This document shows, piece after piece, positions 45,156 to 53,766 of a stretch of DNA of 53,771 nucleotides. The notes under the pieces are model-generated. The model saw only the letters and a program-made list of their open reading frames with translations, had not been told where the DNA came from and did no database searches. The DNA is taken from positions 1 through 53,771 of the forward strand of contig DAOOVU010000002.1 in assembly GCA_035370505.1 (NCBI GenBank), read 5' to 3'. A program made the position numbers and the translations under genes. The stretch comes from Candidatus Dojkabacteria bacterium. Its GTDB lineage: Bacteria > Patescibacteriota > Dojkabacteria > SC72. Position 1 is the first letter of the stretch; each line of letters starts with the position of its first letter.

Positions 45156-46420
45156 TGAGTGTATTCATAGGTTCAATACCAAACTGTACAAAAGAAGATG
45201 TCGCATTGGCAAAGAGTATCTTGAAGGAGAGCAGGAATGATTCTGAATCATTATCTTCATTGCAAAAGTATTTTGAGGGAATGTTTCCTAATAAATATGT
45301 ATATCTTTTTAATAGAGGAAGAGATTCATTATATTTTTTCCTGAAACTGTTAAATTTAAGTAGTGATGATGAAGTTATTGTTCAACCGTTTACTTGTGTG
45401 TCTGCAGTTGCTCCTATTTTGTGGGCTAATTGTAATCCAGTTTATGTTGATATTTCAAAAAGTAGCTTTAATTTGGATCTTGAAGAGTTAAAGAAAAAAA
45501 TTACAGAAAAATGTAAGGTTATAGTTATTCAACATACATTTGGAAATATTGCTAACACAAAAAAAGTGAGAGATTTGGTAGATAGGATAAATAGGGGAAG
45601 AGAGTATGAAAATCGGATATACATTGTTGAAGATTGTGCTCATATTTTTGTTGAAAACTATCAAGATTTTGATATTGGGAAGTATAGTGATGCTGTATTT
45701 TTTAGTTTTGCTCAGGATAAATGTTTGAGCAGTACACAAGGTTCTGTTTTAGTAATTAAAAAATCGCCTGTATTTACGAATTCTGTCGCTCAATATTCAG
45801 AAGTAGAAGAACAAGGAAGGTTATCTAGTTTGTATAATGCTTCATATATTGTACATTGGGATTTGATAAAGAGAACCTACTTTAAAACAATTATTCCATT
45901 TACAAACATAACTTTGGGAAGAGCTTTAGTTGTTTTATTCAGGACATTAGGATTGATAAAAAAGCAAGCTGATGGTAAATCTATAAAATATGATGGTATC
46001 CATAAGATGAGTGGTGTACAAGCAGAACTTCTTCAAGAGCAAGTAAAAAGGATTAAACTATTTAATGAGCATAGGAAAAAGATAAGTAGTATATATGATA
46101 ATCTTTTGAGAAAAGAATTTGTTTTTGAAGGAAAGGGTGGTAATGAAATATTATTAAGGTATCCAGTACTTGTTAAGAATCCGAACGAATTAAAAAATAG
46201 GTTGAGAGATATTAGAGTGATAACTGGAAGATGGTATTCTTCTCCAGTATATCCTTTAGACAAGGGGTTTTACAAAGATATTAAAATGATGAGTGGTATG
46301 TATCCAAATAATAAGTTTTGTTGTAAATATATTCTTAATTTACCATTAAATATTGAGGTTGATATGGGAACTGCTGTTAAAGTGTGTGATATCGTGAATA
46401 GATACGGTGAATGTATATAA
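45152..46420 (+). CDS. DegT/DnrJ/EryC1/StrS-family PLP-dependent sugar aminotransferase
   Basis: VQPFTCVSAVAPI, IVEDCAHIF, and FFSFAQDKCLSSTQGSVLV (PLP Lys in the SF..K context). 4-nt overlap with mutL. Confidence 0.8.
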   Translation: MMSVFIGSIPNCTKEDVALAKSILKESRNDSESLSSLQKYFEGMFPNKYVYLFNRGRDSLYFFLKLLNLSSDDEVIVQPFTCVSAVAPILWANCNPVYVDISKSSFNLDLEELKKKITEKCKVIVIQHTFGNIANTKKVRDLVDRINRGREYENRIYIVEDCAHIFVENYQDFDIGKYSDAVFFSFAQDKCLSSTQGSVLVIKKSPVFTNSVAQYSEVEEQGRLSSLYNASYIVHWDLIKRTYFKTIIPFTNITLGRALVVLFRTLGLIKKQADGKSIKYDGIHKMSGVQAELLQEQVKRIKLFNEHRKKISSIYDNLLRKEFVFEGKGGNEILLRYPVLVKNPNELKNRLRDIRVITGRWYSSPVYPLDKGFYKDIKMMSGMYPNNKFCCKYILNLPLNIEVDMGTAVKVCDIVNRYGECI

Positions 46421-46438
46421 TTTTTGACATACTGTACA

Positions 46439-47497
46439 ATGAAACTTGTTTTTCAAGATGTAGAGGATGATAGTAAATGGGATAATTATGTAATGAATCT
46501 TCCCGAATATTCTTTTTTAAATAGTAGTGCCAGATATCGTTTTAACAAACTGGTGAATAACGGTTCGTTTAGATATGCTGTATTTGATAATGAGGAATAT
46601 GTTGGAATAATTACTGGGAGTATAGGTAATTCTAAGCTTTTTGGAAAATTTCTCGAGTGTAAGCATTCTCCCCTTCTTTTTGAATATACATCTGAATATA
46701 TGAATGATGTTACAGAGTTTTGTAAAGACATTGCGATTAAGAATAATTGTTTTATGCTTAGATTCTCACCTTTGGTTGTGGAGAATTCTTCTCTTGATGG
46801 TTTTTACAGAACTCATGGTTTTGTTAAAGCTCCAATACATAACGTTGATGCTTTAGTTTCTCAGCATGTTGATTTGACAAAAAGTATGGAGGAGTTGAAG
46901 CATGATATGAGTAGTAGCAGGAAAAATAGGTTGAATAAGCTATTAAGGGATCAAAGTGTGGAGGTTAAGATTTTTAACAATAGAAGTGTATTTGATATTT
47001 TTAAAGATTTTCATTCAGAAACTGTTAAATTAAAGGGGTATGTTGATAAACCAATTGATTTATTGATGAAGGAACTTGATATTCAAGTTGAGCATGGTAT
47101 GTGCTATATGATTGTTGGGTATAGTGATGGTGTACCAGTTTCAATTTGGCAATGTACCGTATATGGAAAGAATATGCATTTGTATCAAGCATGCTCTGAT
47201 ACAAGATATAGGGAGAAAAATATGTTAATGACTACACTTCTCTATTGGAAAACTGTTGAATTAGGAAAACAACTTGGATGTAAGATATTTGATATGTTTG
47301 GTGGTGTTGTTCCTAAAGGTTATGAGAACAAAAATCATCCATGGAAGGGAGTCGGAGATTTTAAGGAAAGCTTAGGAGGAGAAAAAATTACATATATGCA
47401 CAGTAGAGACCTTCCAATATCAAGACCAAAATACTTCTTGTATTATCCATATTCATATATTAGAACAAGAGCAAAAGGTTATACTATCAATTGGTAA
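46439..47497 (+). CDS. FemAB/MurM-family peptidoglycan peptide-bridge aminoacyltransferase
   Basis: Family pattern SSRKNRLNK, FHSETVKLKGY, LYQACSD..REKN, and C-terminal FDMFGGV...GVGDFKESLGG. The track start is TTG 46424; ATG 46439 is preferred. Confidence 0.75.
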   Translation: MKLVFQDVEDDSKWDNYVMNLPEYSFLNSSARYRFNKLVNNGSFRYAVFDNEEYVGIITGSIGNSKLFGKFLECKHSPLLFEYTSEYMNDVTEFCKDIAIKNNCFMLRFSPLVVENSSLDGFYRTHGFVKAPIHNVDALVSQHVDLTKSMEELKHDMSSSRKNRLNKLLRDQSVEVKIFNNRSVFDIFKDFHSETVKLKGYVDKPIDLLMKELDIQVEHGMCYMIVGYSDGVPVSIWQCTVYGKNMHLYQACSDTRYREKNMLMTTLLYWKTVELGKQLGCKIFDMFGGVVPKGYENKNHPWKGVGDFKESLGGEKITYMHSRDLPISRPKYFLYYPYSYIRTRAKGYTINW

Positions 47498-47503
47498 TGG
47501 AGT

Positions 47504-49219
47504 TTACCAGCTTCCTCCTCCACCTCCACCTGTTCCACCTCCACTACTTCCAGAACTGAAACCACTTCCCCATGATCCAGCACTAGAACTACTGTAACTT
47601 ACACTTCTTGCATTAAAACTCTTATTCATACTTGATACTGAATTAACTATCATATATGCGTTAAAATGATCAAAATCGCCTTGGTACCAATCAGGCTGTT
47701 TGTAAATATCTTTAAATTCTTTTACCCATTTCTTTTCAAGACCAAATATAATAGCGTAGGGGAGGAGCTTTTCAAAAACTCCTGAATATTTTTTAGGATT
47801 ATTGTGGAATTCTATTCTTCTCTTTTCTGCGGTATTAATATACATTTTAAGACCTAAAAGATCATAGTACAGCTTATTTCCTTTTGAAGTTTTAATGTCC
47901 AGTTTTGTAGATGCAATCATCAAAATTATTCCACTAATTAATAAACCAATAGCTAATCCAAGGTTCGCATTTTGAGAACTTTTGGACAAAATTAACATTG
48001 AAAATGTGATAACAACTATTCCAGTTATATTTAATATATTTTTTATATTAACTTTCTTTTTGTCTATATATCCTTTCTTAACTCTTTCAGTAGAAAGTAG
48101 TGAGTTTATTGTTTTCATAGTTCTGCCAAATGAGGTGCTTATTGATTTGAGGGGAATTTCATTTTTTCCACTGAATAGACCATTAAGTAGTGTTAAACGT
48201 GCATCTTCTAAATCTGAAGAATCCTTATCTGTTTTCACAAGTTTATACTTTTTCTTATCATCTTGGACAATTTTTATATATCCATCTACAGCAAGCTGTA
48301 TTATCTCCGCTGATATATCTTTATTTTTTACACTTTTACAAACGATCTCTGCACAAAGCAGTGGATAAATATCTTTGGGTGGAGTATATGTTGGAACTAC
48401 TGCTAATTTTTTGTTCTTGTTGTTTTTCTTAATCAAAAAAAATACTAATGCAACAACAGGAATAGGAAGAAGGATACCAATGTTCGACAAGATAAACTCT
48501 CTCCTCTGTCGAGCTGTGGTGTCTGCCAATGAACCTTTTGGCATTGCTACTGCAACAGTTAAACCTTCTCCAGCATCTAAATATTGTGCATTGACAGATA
48601 ATGCATATGATGAATCTGTTGATTTATCTTCAATAGTACAATTTGATTCTGTAGATCCTTTAACTCCAGTATAGCAAACACTTTTTGTTATATTACCCGG
48701 AACTTTTATATTTGCTGAAACATTTTCTATTGGTACAGTCCAATTATTGCCAGTAATATTGAGGTATAGCTCGTCATGATCGTCAAAATAGTTTGTAGTG
48801 TCTTTTAATATATATCCTATTTCAAAAATATAATCCCCAATTATATATTCATCAGGATTTCCAATCTTTAATCTTATATATCCATTTGAAGAGCTTTCCT
48901 CATATGAATCTTTTATCACCGAAGGATTATTAACATCATAATATTTGAGATATTTAATTTCTAATGTTGTAGGCCTTTTAAACCCTCCTAACACTTTATA
49001 TGAAACTGGAATATCTCTGTATATGCCATGTTTGCTCTCAGGGAAATGGTATGTTATTTTTTCTGAAATAAAGATATCTGTATCTTGCTTTAGTTCTATG
49101 TCTGATTCAAAATTTGTAATTTTTTCATAATCAGTTTGTGCATTAACCTGAGTTAATGGGGAAAAAACAAAAAACAAAGAAAAAAGTAATACCTTTATCT
49201 TTTTCATTTTAGTTTCCAT
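47504..49219 (-). CDS. DUF2207-family membrane protein
   Basis: Signal peptide, ~230-aa extracytoplasmic beta-rich domain, TM helices, and a Gly/Ser-rich C-terminus (SSGSSGGGTGGGGGGSW). The start overlaps the stop of the upstream LemA gene, which is the usual partner. Confidence 0.75.
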   Translation of the reverse strand: METKMKKIKVLLFSLFFVFSPLTQVNAQTDYEKITNFESDIELKQDTDIFISEKITYHFPESKHGIYRDIPVSYKVLGGFKRPTTLEIKYLKYYDVNNPSVIKDSYEESSSNGYIRLKIGNPDEYIIGDYIFEIGYILKDTTNYFDDHDELYLNITGNNWTVPIENVSANIKVPGNITKSVCYTGVKGSTESNCTIEDKSTDSSYALSVNAQYLDAGEGLTVAVAMPKGSLADTTARQRREFILSNIGILLPIPVVALVFFLIKKNNKNKKLAVVPTYTPPKDIYPLLCAEIVCKSVKNKDISAEIIQLAVDGYIKIVQDDKKKYKLVKTDKDSSDLEDARLTLLNGLFSGKNEIPLKSISTSFGRTMKTINSLLSTERVKKGYIDKKKVNIKNILNITGIVVITFSMLILSKSSQNANLGLAIGLLISGIILMIASTKLDIKTSKGNKLYYDLLGLKMYINTAEKRRIEFHNNPKKYSGVFEKLLPYAIIFGLEKKWVKEFKDIYKQPDWYQGDFDHFNAYMIVNSVSSMNKSFNARSVSYSSSSAGSWGSGFSSGSSGGGTGGGGGGSW

Positions 49220-49770
49220 TAGAATTTTACTTCTACATTCTTTTTTTCTTCTTCGGATGCCTCGAAGAATGGAACCTTCTTGAAATTTAATATTCCTGCA
49301 ATAATGTTGTTAGGGAAAACAACTATCATCTCATTAAAGTCTCTTGCTGTGCCATTGTAGTATCTTCTAGCTTTCTGTATTTCATTCTCTAAGTTCTCTA
49401 AAGATTGATGAAGTTGTATAAAGTTTTGATTCGCTTTTAGCTCAGGATAATTTTCAGCAACAGCAAATAATTTCGATATTCCATTCTTAAGCTGTGCATC
49501 ATACTTTAGTTTCTCTTCCAGAGAGTCAGTAGACATAGCTTTAGCTCTTAAGTTTGTTACATCAGTAAAGATATCTTTTTCATGTTTTGCATACCCTTTT
49601 ACTATTTCAATCAAGTTTGGAATCATGTCATATCTCTGTTTTAGGAATGTCTCTATATCTGAAGAAGCCTCTTCTACCATAACTTTTTGTTTGGCAAGCT
49701 TGTTATACAAAGCAACAAACAAAATAATCAAAAGAACAATTAGACCAAAGATCCAATTCATACCACTCAT
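49219..49770 (-). CDS. LemA-family protein
   Basis: N-terminal TM helix. QRYDMIPNLIE, AENYPELKANQNF and ARRYYNGTARDFN are classic LemA motifs. Confidence 0.9.
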   Translation of the reverse strand: MSGMNWIFGLIVLLIILFVALYNKLAKQKVMVEEASSDIETFLKQRYDMIPNLIEIVKGYAKHEKDIFTDVTNLRAKAMSTDSLEEKLKYDAQLKNGISKLFAVAENYPELKANQNFIQLHQSLENLENEIQKARRYYNGTARDFNEMIVVFPNNIIAGILNFKKVPFFEASEEEKKNVEVKF

Positions 49771-49885
49771 CTTGATTATGTTATTAATTTATTTATATTT
49801 TTAATTATACATAATATTGTGAGAATCTCAATCATACAGTTTAATCACCTCTACTGTGTATTTTAACCTTTTGAGAAATTTTGAA

Positions 49886-49962
49886 TGGTCGGGGAGACAG
49901 GATTTGAACCTGCGACCTCTGCGTCCCAAACGCAGCGTTCTAGCCATCTGAACTACTCCCCG
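49886..49962 (-). tRNA. tRNA-Pro (anticodon TGG), C1-G72, CCA encoded
   Basis: Reverse complement folds as CGGGGAG-TA-GTTC-AGATGGCTA-GAAC-G-CTGCG-TTTGGGA-CGCAG-AGGTC-GCAGG-TTCAAAT-CCTGT-CTCCCCG-A-CCA. Confidence 0.93.
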
Positions 49963-50013
49963 CATTTAAATCGCTAAATTATAGCATGAGTTAAATATAA
50001 TTGGGATATCAAT

Positions 50014-50334
50014 CTATATTAGCGCCATAATCTTTAAAACTAATTGCGACAAGCCTGGTACTTTTACGACTTTTCCTTTAGAAACTTGTAAAAGTCCATA
50101 CATAACTAGCATGACTCCACAAAGATATACTATACCTATTGGACAAAGAAGCAGTAGAGTAACAATCGTATATAGTATCGCATGGTATTTTACGAATAGA
50201 TCTTCTTTTTCAAAAAATGAAAAATATATAGATAAAATTGGAATACAGGCCAACATAGAATTTCTGGAATTCTCCTTGTTGTAAGTTATTTCTTTGAGTT
50301 TGTATATTCTTTTTGCCTTAATTTCTTTTGCCAT
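50014..50334 (-). CDS. Small hypothetical membrane protein (106 aa), divergent from lexA
   Basis: Basic N-terminus followed by 2-3 hydrophobic helices (ACIPILSIYFSFF, AILYTIVTLLLLCPIGIVYLCGVMLVMYGLL). Confidence 0.5.
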   Translation of the reverse strand: MAKEIKAKRIYKLKEITYNKENSRNSMLACIPILSIYFSFFEKEDLFVKYHAILYTIVTLLLLCPIGIVYLCGVMLVMYGLLQVSKGKVVKVPGLSQLVLKIMALI

Positions 50335-50421
50335 ACTAATGATATTTAGTATATATCAGTTGTTTTTATTTTTCAATCGGTGGATATTACTATAAGTAGT
50401 TGAAATCGCTGGAAACAGGGG

Positions 50422-50436
50422 TATACTAGGTGTATA
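50422..50436. promoter_or_regulatory. Palindrome TATAC-N5-GTATA upstream of lexA (candidate operator)
   Basis: tatacTAGGTgtata ends 21 nt before the lexA ATG and overlaps a TATATAAA -10-like element. A second, weaker TTAC-N5-GTAG lies at about 50387..50399. Confidence 0.25.
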
Positions 50437-50457
50437 TAAATTCATATATTACCAATC

Positions 50458-51105
50458 ATGGATAGTATACTTACAAAAAAGCAGGAGAATGTTTTGAGAG
50501 TGATTAAGCAATATTATCTTGAGAATGGGTATGCACCATCGTTAGCTGAATTGCAGCAAGAATTAGGTATTTCTACGAAGAGAGGAGTTGTCGTCCATCT
50601 TCTTGCTTTAGAGAAAAAGGGATATATATTTAGGACTAGTGAGCCTAGAGGTATACATATGGTTGAAAAGGATGATGAAATAGTATACGACTATCTTGTT
50701 GGAATTCCCATTTTGGGTTATGCAAATGCAGGAACACCATTAGTATCAGCACAGGAGGAAAACATTGGTGTACTTAAAGTTGAGGAAAGTATTGTAGGGC
50801 AGAGGGATAATTTATTTTCGTTAATAGTTAAAGGTGATTCTATGGATTTAGCTGAAATTGATGGGAAGAAAATAGTTAATGGATCATACATAATTGTGCA
50901 GAAAGATGCTGATATAGAGAATGAGGATATTGTCGTGGCAATTGTAGATAATTGTGCTACAGTCAAAAGATTTAAAAAGACTAAAGATATGATAATTCTC
51001 TATCCAAATTCTTCAAATCCGCTGAATCAGCCAATATATTTAGAAAGGAATACTGATAGTTTGATTAATGGAAAAGTGATAAAAGTATTGGAAAATCCTA
51101 TCTGA
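50458..51105 (+). CDS. lexA: LexA repressor (S24 autopeptidase)
   Basis: N-terminal wHTH (LTKKQENVLRVIKQYYLENGYAPSLAELQQELGIS), Ala-Gly cleavage site in YANAGTP, Ser box GDSM, and Lys box TVKRFKK. Confidence 0.93.
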   Translation: MDSILTKKQENVLRVIKQYYLENGYAPSLAELQQELGISTKRGVVVHLLALEKKGYIFRTSEPRGIHMVEKDDEIVYDYLVGIPILGYANAGTPLVSAQEENIGVLKVEESIVGQRDNLFSLIVKGDSMDLAEIDGKKIVNGSYIIVQKDADIENEDIVVAIVDNCATVKRFKKTKDMIILYPNSSNPLNQPIYLERNTDSLINGKVIKVLENPI

Positions 51106-51793
51106 TTTCTACTATTGGAATATATCCAAGTGCAATTTTTTTAAATGTTTTTAATTCTTCAGGAGTAAAACTGTTTTGAATAGATAATGATTGATCTATG
51201 CTTTTTCCTTCTCTGAAATTTTGAATATAGTATCTTTTACTTCCCTTTATCATCTCACAAATTTTTCTTACTGATTCATCATTATGGATTCCTTTTACAT
51301 ATGTTGTTCTAAATTCATAATCGACATTTGAGTTTAAAATGATACTAATTGATTCAGATATACAACTCTGTGCATTCATATTTCCACTCCTCTCATTGTA
51401 TTCTTCGATGGGATATTTGACATCCATAGCTACATAATCTATATAACCAGAGTTTAAGTATCTTCTCAGAGAGTTAGGAAGTAATCCATTTGTATCTATT
51501 TTTACTAAATATCCGAGTTTCTTTATATCCTTTATGAAATTTAAAAGCTCTGGGTGTATTAGTGGTTCACCACCAGTTATCACGACTGCATCTAATTTTC
51601 CGATCCTTTTTTCAAGGAATTTTAGAACATCTTCCTTCTTAATCAATGTAGATTTTGGACATTCTTCTACAACAAGCTCTGGATTATGACAATAACTACA
51701 CCTTAAATTGCATCCATACAAAAAGACGACAGCACATATCTTTCCAGGATAATCTAACAAAGATGATTTTTCTAATCCATATATTGGAAGCAT
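51098..51793 (-). CDS. nrdG: Anaerobic ribonucleoside-triphosphate reductase activating protein (radical SAM)
   Basis: SLLDYPGKICAVVFLYGCNLRCSYCHNPE contains the CxxxCxxC cluster. GGEPL follows. Confidence 0.92.
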   Translation of the reverse strand: MLPIYGLEKSSLLDYPGKICAVVFLYGCNLRCSYCHNPELVVEECPKSTLIKKEDVLKFLEKRIGKLDAVVITGGEPLIHPELLNFIKDIKKLGYLVKIDTNGLLPNSLRRYLNSGYIDYVAMDVKYPIEEYNERSGNMNAQSCISESISIILNSNVDYEFRTTYVKGIHNDESVRKICEMIKGSKRYYIQNFREGKSIDQSLSIQNSFTPEELKTFKKIALGYIPIVEIR

Positions 51794-51794
51794 A

Positions 51795-51923
51795 CTATTT
51801 CATTTTGAACATTACTCTATCAGACCATTCAGCCTGCTTACCAATATTCCACTGAGATACTGGCCTTATATATCCAACGACTCTAGAATACACTTCACAT
51901 CTTTGCCTTGTTACTTTTTTCAT
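51795..51923 (-). CDS. Stand-alone glycyl-radical domain of class III RNR (42 aa; not in ORF track)
   Basis: My own translation of the minus strand gives MKKVTRQRCEVYSRVVGYIRPVSQWNIGKQAEWSDRVMFKMK. RVVGY..P...WN.GK..E...R is the C-terminal glycyl-radical signature of NrdD. The stop TAG lies 1 nt before the nrdG ATG. Confidence 0.7.
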   Translation of the reverse strand: MKKVTRQRCEVYSRVVGYIRPVSQWNIGKQAEWSDRVMFKMK

Positions 51924-51948
51924 ATATTTATTTTAAAAAATTAAATAA

Positions 51949-53766
51949 TTACTCTTCATCAAAAAGCATTCCCTCCTTATATCCTCTTTCTAAATCGCAT
52001 ATGGGACAATATTTATGCTCTCCAGATAAATATCCATGCTTTGGACAAATACTAAAAGTAGGAGTAATCGAAAAATATGGCAATTTGTAATTAGTAGCAA
52101 CCTTCTTAATTAGATTTTTAGTTGCCTCTGCAGAAGAAACCTTCTCACCTAAATATATATGTAGAACGGTTCCCCCTGTATATTTACATTGAAACTCATC
52201 TTGTAGATCTAATGTCTCAAATATATCGTCAGACCAACCAACAGGCAGATGAGTGCTGTTAGTATAGTATGGAACTGAACCCTTTGTCCTTCCTATATCA
52301 GCCGCAGTTAGTATCCTATCGCCAAATTTCTTTTTGTCTGCTTTAGCAAACTTGTATGTAGCACCCTCCCCAGGAGTCGCTTCCAAATTAAACAATTGAT
52401 TAGTTTCATTCTGATATTTAATCAATCTTTCCCTCATATGATCCATAATTTCCAATGCGAAAGCTCTTCCCTCCTCTGAGGCGATTCCTTTTGAAGAATC
52501 ATTGTAGAAATTGATTAAAGATTCATTCATTCCTAAAATCCCAATTGTATTAAAATGATTCTTGTAATATTCCCCAAACCTCTTTTTAATGTCCTGAAGG
52601 TAGAATTGAGAATATGGATATAGCCCCTTGTCCATATATTTCTCTATGAACTTCCTCTTTATCATTAAACTCCTTTTCGCCAAATCCATTCTTTTATCTA
52701 GTATTTTGAAATATTCTCTTTTGCTCTTTGCCTCAATACCTATCCTTGGCAAATTTATAGTTACAACTCCAATACTACCTGTCAAAGGATTAGCACCAAA
52801 CAAACCACCTCCTCGCTTCCTCAATTCTCTTGTATCTAATCTAAGCCTACAACACATACTCCTCGCATCATCAGGGTTCATATCTGAATTTATGAAATTT
52901 GAAAAATATGGAATACCATACTTCGCAGTCATCTCCCATATTGGAATGTATTCCTTTTTATCCCAATCAAAATTCTTAGTGAGATTGTATGTTGGAATTG
53001 GGTAAGAAAGCAAACTCCCATTAGCATCACCCTCCATCATCACTTCGCAGAATGCCTTATTTATCATATCAATTTCTTTTTGAAAATCCTTGTATTTCTC
53101 TTTTTGTACAACGCCACCAATTATTACTCCTTGTTCTGCCAAACTTCCACTAGGAACTAAATCCATAGTTATATTTGTGAATGGACATTGGCATCCAACT
53201 CTTGTCGGAACATTCATGTTAAACAGAAATTCTTGCATTTTCTGTTTAACTTGTGGATATGAAAGATTATCATATCTTATGAACGGAGCTAAATATGTAT
53301 CAAAACTGGAGAATGCCTGTGCACCAGCAGTCTCATGCTGAAGAGTATACAGAAAATTAACACACTGCCCCAATGCAGTACTAAAGTGCTTAGCAGGCTT
53401 AGAAGAAACCTTTCCTGCTACACCAGTAAATCCCTTTAAAAGAAGATCCTCAAGACTCCACCCACAACAATACGCAGCAAGCATTCCCAAATCATGAATA
53501 TGGTAGTCTTTATCTATATTTCCATCAGAAATCTCTTTTGGATATATGCTATGAAGCCAATAATTCGCTTGAACTGTAGACGAAATATAGTTATTAAGAC
53601 CTTGCCATGAATATGACATATTACTGTTTTCATTAACCTGCCAATCAAGTTTATCAATATACCCTTTAACTAGTGTATCAGCATCAATTAACGATTTAAT
53701 GTTCTTCACTTGATTCTTCAAATCAGTGAATAGACTAAAAGCTATAGAGGTTTTTCCATGCCCCAT
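51949..53766 (-). CDS. nrdD: Anaerobic ribonucleoside-triphosphate reductase large polypeptide (lacks glycyl-radical tail; N-terminus probably runs off the window)
   Basis: SMCCRLRLD, GGLFGANPLTGSIGVVTINL, NLEATPGE and the C-terminal Zn-ribbon ICPKHGYLSGEHKYCPIC. There is no in-frame stop between 53766 and the window edge, so the true start may lie upstream. Confidence 0.9.
   Translation of the reverse strand: MGHGKTSIAFSLFTDLKNQVKNIKSLIDADTLVKGYIDKLDWQVNENSNMSYSWQGLNNYISSTVQANYWLHSIYPKEISDGNIDKDYHIHDLGMLAAYCCGWSLEDLLLKGFTGVAGKVSSKPAKHFSTALGQCVNFLYTLQHETAGAQAFSSFDTYLAPFIRYDNLSYPQVKQKMQEFLFNMNVPTRVGCQCPFTNITMDLVPSGSLAEQGVIIGGVVQKEKYKDFQKEIDMINKAFCEVMMEGDANGSLLSYPIPTYNLTKNFDWDKKEYIPIWEMTAKYGIPYFSNFINSDMNPDDARSMCCRLRLDTRELRKRGGGLFGANPLTGSIGVVTINLPRIGIEAKSKREYFKILDKRMDLAKRSLMIKRKFIEKYMDKGLYPYSQFYLQDIKKRFGEYYKNHFNTIGILGMNESLINFYNDSSKGIASEEGRAFALEIMDHMRERLIKYQNETNQLFNLEATPGEGATYKFAKADKKKFGDRILTAADIGRTKGSVPYYTNSTHLPVGWSDDIFETLDLQDEFQCKYTGGTVLHIYLGEKVSSAEATKNLIKKVATNYKLPYFSITPTFSICPKHGYLSGEHKYCPICDLERGYKEGMLFDEE

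Noticed and set aside
47504-47600. Gly/Ser-rich coding repeat at the 3' end of the DUF2207 gene (GGTGGGGGGSW)
   Set aside because: This low-complexity tail is a common feature of the family. It is not an independent repeat element or a slippage-prone regulatory tract that I can support.
51967-51978. Perfect Shine-Dalgarno AAGGAGG followed by ATG inside the nrdD 3' end
   Set aside because: The spacing to the ATG is only 2 nt. The in-frame Met would give a 7-residue peptide (MLFDEE), and it lies ~45 nt upstream of the small glycyl-radical ORF. It is most simply just the codons K-E-G-M.
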